Assembly: GCA_947087745.1 (NCBI GenBank)
Contig: CAMUDX010000001.1
Location: 33,808 to 97,807, forward strand
DNA length: 64,000 bases
From: an uncultured Clostridium sp.
GTDB taxonomy: Bacteria > Bacillota > Clostridia > TANB77 > CAG-508
Reading direction: 5' to 3'
Part shown: piece by piece, positions 58,647 to 64,000 of the stretch
Numbering within the stretch: position 1 is the stretch's first letter
Layout of the letters: every line of letters begins with the position of its first letter
The notes under the pieces: model-generated
Databases searched by the model: none
The model's input: the letters and a program-made list of their open reading frames with translations, nothing else
What the model was told of the DNA's origin: nothing
Made by a program: the position numbers and the translations under genes

Positions 58647-59300
58647 TTAAATATTGTCTTTGTCATTAGTTATATTACCATCTCCGTTTATGGGTATTTT
58701 TTCTCCAAGATATGTTGGTTTTGGCTTTATTACGCATTTAAAAACTTCCTTATTTCTTGCTAGTACTTCTCGTATATCTCTTATTAATTGACCTGTATAT
58801 TTTCGTAAATCTGATGGTACTCCATATGCCTCTATTCCTAATGCTTGGGCTATATATACTGCTCTATATATATGATATTTTTGTGTTACTATTATTATCT
58901 TTTTTACTCTAAATATTTCTTTTGCTCTATATATACTTTCATATGTTGAAAAACCTGCATGGTCCATAAATATATCGTCTGAACTTACTTCTCTATCTAT
59001 TGCATATTTTTTCATTACATTTACTTCATCATATTCCTTTGTCTTATGGTCTCCACTCATTATTATTTTTGTTGATATATTATCTTTGTATAGTTGTATT
59101 CCTTGTTTTATTCTATCTTCTAGCATATTTGTTGGCTTTTCTCCTCTTACTCCAGCTCCCAATACTAGTATACAGTCTATATTCTCTATTTTTTCTATTT
59201 GTTTTTCTTCTAATATTCTATTCTTTGTTTTTAGTATGATGAAAAAATTCATTAATATTATTAGTATTATAAGTACTATTATTATAAACAATATAATCAT
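58647..59300 (-). CDS. SanA/YdcF (DUF218) family protein
   Basis: N-terminal TM helix, ILVLGAGVRGEKPTNMLEDRI and IIMSGDH motifs. Confidence 0.8.
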   Translation of the reverse strand: MIILFIIIVLIILIILMNFFIILKTKNRILEEKQIEKIENIDCILVLGAGVRGEKPTNMLEDRIKQGIQLYKDNISTKIIMSGDHKTKEYDEVNVMKKYAIDREVSSDDIFMDHAGFSTYESIYRAKEIFRVKKIIIVTQKYHIYRAVYIAQALGIEAYGVPSDLRKYTGQLIRDIREVLARNKEVFKCVIKPKPTYLGEKIPINGDGNITNDKDNI

Positions 59301-59434
59301 TCTCTTTACCCTTTTTATTTTTAGTATTCCTTTTTTTGTATTTTTTATGTTTTGGAAATTGAAATTCTTAACTATAGTCTTCTTCGTGCCTATTATTAAA
59401 TGTATTAATCATCCATTTCGTTATTATTTTATTT

Positions 59435-62143
59435 TTATTCAATACTACCATTTCCCATAATATAATTTCTAATTTTAACATAGTCAGTTGCATAAACCTT
59501 ATTATCATTATTTACATCTGCTGCTAATAAATAAGCTCCATAAAGTTGTGTATTTCCACTCATTATATGATTTTTTATTTTTACATAGTCTGTAGCATAA
59601 ATTGCTCCATCTCCATTTACATCCCCCTTAATTACTACAGTATAAATATATTGTGTTTGATTAAATTCTAATGTAAATCTCATATTAGTTGCAATATTTC
59701 CTTCCCAAATTTCATTATTTTTTGAATTTCTAAAACTAACTAATTTTACATTTGGATAACTAGAAAGAAGTTGTCTAATATCAGATACATTACTTCCAAG
59801 GTTGAAACCTAATACATAACTATCTATCTTTATTAATCCAAAATGTTTTAAAACTTCTGCTTCTGGAACTATAATTGGGTTTTCAGTTTCTTTTAAAATA
59901 CCCACAATTCCATTTCCTAAAGATTCTAATGGTAATGCTCCTAAATTATGAAATGCGGCATATCCTCCAACAGCATTTTGTGTGCTATTTTCTGTATAAT
60001 AGTAATATGCATCTTGTGGTATTTTATATGTGTCCTCCATTATGCATTGCTGACCTATAAATGCTCCTACATTTGAGTTTCCACTTGTTTGTCCATATGA
60101 ATGACAATTTTTGATAGTTGCATTCATATTAATTCCTATAAATCCTCCTACATTTTTTTCAGAATGTACATTTAATGATGAATAACAATTCTCTATAATT
60201 GTACTATTTGATACATTTCCTGCAAATCCCCCTGTAGAACTCATAGAATTTATTAAACTTGCTATATTTGTCACTGAGCCAGATTTTAAATTAATATTTT
60301 TTATACTTGCATTTGTTGCAACAGATACAAATCCTCCAAGATAATCTCCTTTTTCAGGATTAACTTCTATGTTCTCTATATTCAAGTTCTGTACAACAGC
60401 ATATATTCCATAATCTCCAATTGTGCTAAATACACCTGTTCCAGTTGCTGTTATATTAGATAATGTTTTATTATTACCTTCTAAATTCCCTTTAAAATTT
60501 ATACTAGGATATACTGTTACATTAGAAAAATCAAGATTATTTTCTATCTTATAATATTTATCCTTTGTTTCTTGTTGCATTAAATATATAAATGTGTCTG
60601 TATCATAAATTAAATATGGGTCACTTTGTGTTCCTGCTCCTTCAAGTTCTGGGAATTTTACATTAAATGTAACTGATTCATTTGTTTGTGCTGTTACTTC
60701 GATAATAATTCCTGAATTACTACCATCAGAAAAATATATTGTTTTATTGTCAAAACCATTATTACTTTCTTTTATATTTTTTCCTACAAGTGGTCTATTC
60801 ACGTTTAATGTTGCTTGGGACAAATTTCCTTTTCCATCTCCCAAACCTGTTTCATTAGGTCTAAAGATAAAAATATGGTCATTTTCTCCATGGTCTCCTC
60901 CATCTTTATTTCCTGAGAACTTATTTCTTTCATTTACACGATATATAATTATTCCACTTTCATCTGCTGAATAAGAACTATATGTATTTTGCTTTTCATG
61001 ATATTCTACAATAAAGTATTCTTGATTATCTTTACCACATTGAATTTTAATTGCACGTTTTTCATTTGCATCAATAAAGTTAGGTTTATATAAAGTAATA
61101 TTTTGTGTGCTTTCTTTTATTTCTGGTAATGGATTATGCCAATTTGTTTTATCTTGATATCCACTTATAAAATATGTTAAAAAGTTTTGTGGATTTGATC
61201 CTACTGTGTTTCCCATGATATCATAAAAACCAACTGGTTGACTTTGTGATTGTCCAAAACGATATAAATCATAATATTGTAATGTGTGTCCAAACTCATG
61301 GATTATCGTACCATATGTTCCTCTATTTAAAGAAAATATACCTGCTGCTTCATTATAATTATATGTATAAATAATATTATATGGAACTATTCTCTTTCCT
61401 AATATTGTACTTGTAACACCTTGATTATCCGATTTGTGTGACCATAGTAAATCTCCCCATGAAATATTAGTTACTATCCCCTCTGTTCCTTCTATAAAAA
61501 AAGATATTGCATCAATAATTCCATCATTGTCTGTATCAATATCATTTGCAGTAATTCCTGCTGCTACAATTTGATTTGATACATATTTTACAGCATTATC
61601 TACTAGTTCTGTTTCCCTTTTTAATAATTCTGCTGAATCTTTATATCCATTTTGATTAGTATCACTATATCTTAAATAGTAACTCATAGGGTTAGAGTCT
61701 TTATATGATACTACTTTTCCATCATGTTTTGGGAAAATTTCAGTTGTTATTGATAATTTTCCATAACTCTGCATTTCATAATATTTCTTAAATGATGGTA
61801 CTTTTACAATTCCATTATTTGTAGTCATTTCAAAATATTCGCTACTATTAAAAATTTTTTCGGCATTTGCAACACTTTCTTGATCATCTAAATGATGTGA
61901 TGTAAGTACATCACTATCATTAAATTCTATAAATATTGCTATATATTTTAATTTTTTATCTGTTACTTTACTATTTTGATAATCTGATATGTTTCTTGTT
62001 TCATATAGCTCATTGTGACTTGCAAAGTTTTGGTGCTTTGCTTGAATTTCTATTTCGTTGGTATTATACCCAGATACACTACTTGCAAGTATTAGTATTA
62101 GACATATTATATTAATTATTAAAGTACTAATCCTTTTTTTCAT
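59435..62143 (-). CDS. Secreted multidomain metalloprotease: M6-like zinc protease, GLUG-type repeat region and C-terminal type-I dockerin
   Basis: Signal peptide. HEFGH is encoded at 61286-61300. Repeated GGF(V/A/I)G motifs. The C-terminus has two Ca-binding dockerin segments, DVNGDGAIYATDYVKIKNHIM and DVNNDNKVYATDYVKIRNYIM (about 59438-59635). Confidence 0.75.
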   Translation of the reverse strand: MKKRISTLIINIICLILILASSVSGYNTNEIEIQAKHQNFASHNELYETRNISDYQNSKVTDKKLKYIAIFIEFNDSDVLTSHHLDDQESVANAEKIFNSSEYFEMTTNNGIVKVPSFKKYYEMQSYGKLSITTEIFPKHDGKVVSYKDSNPMSYYLRYSDTNQNGYKDSAELLKRETELVDNAVKYVSNQIVAAGITANDIDTDNDGIIDAISFFIEGTEGIVTNISWGDLLWSHKSDNQGVTSTILGKRIVPYNIIYTYNYNEAAGIFSLNRGTYGTIIHEFGHTLQYYDLYRFGQSQSQPVGFYDIMGNTVGSNPQNFLTYFISGYQDKTNWHNPLPEIKESTQNITLYKPNFIDANEKRAIKIQCGKDNQEYFIVEYHEKQNTYSSYSADESGIIIYRVNERNKFSGNKDGGDHGENDHIFIFRPNETGLGDGKGNLSQATLNVNRPLVGKNIKESNNGFDNKTIYFSDGSNSGIIIEVTAQTNESVTFNVKFPELEGAGTQSDPYLIYDTDTFIYLMQQETKDKYYKIENNLDFSNVTVYPSINFKGNLEGNNKTLSNITATGTGVFSTIGDYGIYAVVQNLNIENIEVNPEKGDYLGGFVSVATNASIKNINLKSGSVTNIASLINSMSSTGGFAGNVSNSTIIENCYSSLNVHSEKNVGGFIGINMNATIKNCHSYGQTSGNSNVGAFIGQQCIMEDTYKIPQDAYYYYTENSTQNAVGGYAAFHNLGALPLESLGNGIVGILKETENPIIVPEAEVLKHFGLIKIDSYVLGFNLGSNVSDIRQLLSSYPNVKLVSFRNSKNNEIWEGNIATNMRFTLEFNQTQYIYTVVIKGDVNGDGAIYATDYVKIKNHIMSGNTQLYGAYLLAADVNNDNKVYATDYVKIRNYIMGNGSIE

Positions 62144-63458
62144 CTAATTTTCCCTTTCTTGTTTTTATAAATAGAATTATTGAACTGCTTATACTTAATA
62201 CTAGAAATATACTAATAATACCAATAATTATTTGTTCAATTTTTAGTTTTTGTGTAAGTTTTTGATATTCTTCATCTTTTATTATATATCTTTCATATGT
62301 TGTAGGTGCAAAATTAGAATATAATTGAAATGTGTTTTCAGTACTTTCATACAAATATTCAACAATCTCTCCATTATTATTCATTACTGATAATAGGAAA
62401 TAGTTATCAAATCCTTCCTTGAATTTGTATCCCTGAATTTGTAAATTGTTTACTGTTACTACTCCTTTTTCAAATCCTTCTTTTTCATTGTCTATATCTA
62501 CTAAATATAAAGAATTATTATTTATTTTTATTGGTAGTATTTTACTAATACATTCATTCTTTGTTGTGTCTACAATATAGAAGTTCTTTTCGTTTTTGTC
62601 ATTAATACCATAAAGTATTGAAAAGTTTCCATTGTTAAATGTATTAATTGAATAGTTGTTTACAGTATGTTGTACTTGATTAAATCCTTCTGGAATAACT
62701 ATTCCTTTTAAATTTCTTACTACTCCTATTTGTTTATCTTTGTATTTTAAATAAACTTGTGGTGTTTCATCTACATAAGCAGTAATTTTATAAGTTCTTT
62801 CAGCACCATTTTCTGCTAGTACTGATATAATTATTACATTATCACCTACTTCTAGTAGTTTCTCGCCTGTTCCATTTATTTTAGCTTTGCTGTCACTGCT
62901 TTGAGCATTTACACTAATCGATGTTGTATTACTAGGTAATTGTACTGTGTATTCGCTTATATTTGTATCAAATGCTGGTGTTAATGTTCCTGAACTTAGT
63001 GTTAGTGATGATAGCATATTATTTGAAGACCTATTGTCTACATATGTTGGTGTTTGTGGTTTTGTGGAAGTCCCATTGTTGTTGCTAGGTGGCGTAGAAG
63101 TATTGGTTTCTACTATTGGTATTGTAATACTTCTTGCTCCTGGATTATATTCATTTGCATCAGGGTCAGAAAAACCTGTAGTTGGCGTAGCTGTTATAGT
63201 TACACTTCCACTACTTCCCGCTGTTACTGTTACTGTTTGGTAATTTTGTTCTACCCATATACTACTTGTTGAAAGTGTTCCATTGCTTATACTTAGGTTT
63301 ACTCTTCCTATACAGTCTCCCCCAACTGAAATTGTAAATGTCCCATTTGGATTTATTTGTGTACTAGATGCTCTAATGCTAAATGATGCCGCATTTACTG
63401 GCAATGCCCATAATATTAAAATTAAACTACATAATATTAGTGTTATATATTTCTTCAT
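62127..63458 (-). CDS. Type-I membrane surface protein with a cadherin-like beta-sandwich domain
   Basis: Signal peptide, Ig-like N-terminal module, LSSLTLSSGTLTPAFDTNISEYTV...ERTYKITAY cadherin-like module, unknown domain, C-terminal TM helix and short basic tail. Overlaps the protease gene by 17 nt. Confidence 0.65.
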   Translation of the reverse strand: MKKYITLILCSLILILWALPVNAASFSIRASSTQINPNGTFTISVGGDCIGRVNLSISNGTLSTSSIWVEQNYQTVTVTAGSSGSVTITATPTTGFSDPDANEYNPGARSITIPIVETNTSTPPSNNNGTSTKPQTPTYVDNRSSNNMLSSLTLSSGTLTPAFDTNISEYTVQLPSNTTSISVNAQSSDSKAKINGTGEKLLEVGDNVIIISVLAENGAERTYKITAYVDETPQVYLKYKDKQIGVVRNLKGIVIPEGFNQVQHTVNNYSINTFNNGNFSILYGINDKNEKNFYIVDTTKNECISKILPIKINNNSLYLVDIDNEKEGFEKGVVTVNNLQIQGYKFKEGFDNYFLLSVMNNNGEIVEYLYESTENTFQLYSNFAPTTYERYIIKDEEYQKLTQKLKIEQIIIGIISIFLVLSISSSIILFIKTRKGKLDEKKD

Positions 63459-63530
63459 AAACTTTACCTTTCTAATTTTTTTCTTCTAATATTTTTTTCA
63501 TTATTATATTATCATATTTTTCTTAATTTT

Positions 63531-63568
63531 AAAACTATTTAATTAAATATTTTTAATTAAATAGTTTT
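63531..63568. promoter_or_regulatory. Perfect 17-bp inverted repeat with a 4-nt loop in the operon promoter region
   Basis: aaaactatttaattaaa (63531-63547) and tttaattaaatagtttt (63552-63568), 73-110 nt upstream of the start codon at 63458. Confidence 0.5.
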
Positions 63569-63628
63569 AACTATATTATTTTTCCTTTTTTATTTTCTCA
63601 GTTATTAAATCCTATTCCTGTTTTTCTT

Positions 63629-63653
63629 AAAAAACCAGCCCCATTGAGGCTGG
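63629..63653 (-). terminator. Intrinsic terminator of the partial upstream gene
   Basis: ccagcc / ggctgg stem followed on the minus strand by tttttt. Confidence 0.7.
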
Positions 63654-63760
63654 CTAAACTATTCTTGTTAGAATAATTTATATAAAGATTGGCTAAGTTT
63701 ATTAAAACTACTTGGTTAATTGGTTACTTTATTACTTTTTTGATTACATGGATATGTGCT

Positions 63761-64000
63761 TTAACCATAGACCCAAATCCAAACATCCATTTCTACGCCT
63801 GATGGTACATCCAGTGCAATAACAAATTCCAGACCATCACCACCCAAATGGTTACCCTTGAAATATGTTTCACCATTTGTTGAGACTTGTCCATCAATAC
63901 CATCGACCCACATTAATGGAGTGTAAGAAACAACTCTCCCTACACAGTCAACTTTTCCCTGGTATGAAGATGAAACTCGAATTGTTACTCCCATTCCACC
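63761..64000 (-). CDS. 3' end of a GC-rich gene of unknown function (frame open to the window edge)
   Basis: Reading frame is open from 64000 to the stop at 63761. Beta-rich C-terminus (...GVEMDVWIWVYG). One line gives 23 of 60 G+C by hand count. Confidence 0.5.
   Translation of the reverse strand, partial: GGMGVTIRVSSSYQGKVDCVGRVVSYTPLMWVDGIDGQVSTNGETYFKGNHLGGDGLEFVIALDVPSGVEMDVWIWVYG

Noticed and set aside
62127-63458. N-terminal module of the cadherin-like protein as the cohesin partner of the adjacent dockerin
   Set aside because: The module is only about 90 aa, whereas cohesins are about 140-150 aa, and I see no cohesin-like sequence pattern. This stays an open question rather than a call.
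1-64000. tRNA, rRNA, prophage, integrase or cas genes, or known multi-gene defence systems
   Set aside because: Scanning the intergenic and GC-richer stretches by eye showed only the riboswitch, the ribozyme, the IS200 hairpins and the repeat family. No cloverleaf-like or rRNA-like segments were seen, and no ORFs had recombinase, Cas, restriction/modification or similar signatures. This is a visual scan only; tRNAscan-SE, Infernal and DefenseFinder would be decisive.

Overview
This is a very AT-rich chromosomal segment, roughly one quarter G+C by eye. It comes from a spore-forming, Clostridia-like Firmicute, judged from pro-sigma-K, the PASTA kinase/PP2C pair, FtsEX with M23 peptidases, and the Asp23-AmaP-DUF2273-NusB-XseA/XseB block. 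I call about 60 protein genes, and all but five (metK, a GC-rich orphan, the U32 peptidase, a PBP, glmS) lie on the minus strand. Most are housekeeping: a two-component system with a MacB/FtsX-type ABC exporter, dinB, metK, pyk, prkC/stp, pgi, rpe, rsgA, cca, an L,D-transpeptidase, sigK, pgsA, ctp, ftsEX, split transketolase, fhs, xseAB, nusB, fmt, rsmA, yraN, dprA, a comM-like gene, a class B PBP, uvrC and glmS. Two cis-regulatory RNAs are recognisable by eye: a SAM-I riboswitch with its terminator before metK, and a glmS ribozyme before glmS. A 46-aa rubredoxin gene is missing from the ORF track because it is under 60 aa. Accessory material is limited to small islets. These are an IS200-type element beside a Phd/RelE-like toxin-antitoxin pair (28.0-29.6 kb), three short stretches of clearly elevated G+C holding orphan genes (7.9-8.7 kb, 21.9-22.4 kb, 63.8-64.0 kb), and a two-gene surface operon (59.4-63.5 kb) encoding a cadherin-like membrane protein and an M6-like/GLUG/dockerin metalloprotease. 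I found no CRISPR array, tRNA/rRNA gene, prophage or recognisable multi-gene defence system, and I cannot claim a convincing novel system. The best candidates for follow-up are: (1) a dispersed ~75-nt hairpin repeat family with a GCGGGAATTCCCGC core, in three copies with compensatory stem changes; (2) the GC-rich orphan gene at 7888-8670, which has its own near-consensus promoter; (3) the dockerin-bearing protease operon, which has a 17-bp perfect palindrome in its promoter region and no cohesin partner in view. Several ORF-track starts look too long, and I re-set them using SD spacing, promoters and terminators.
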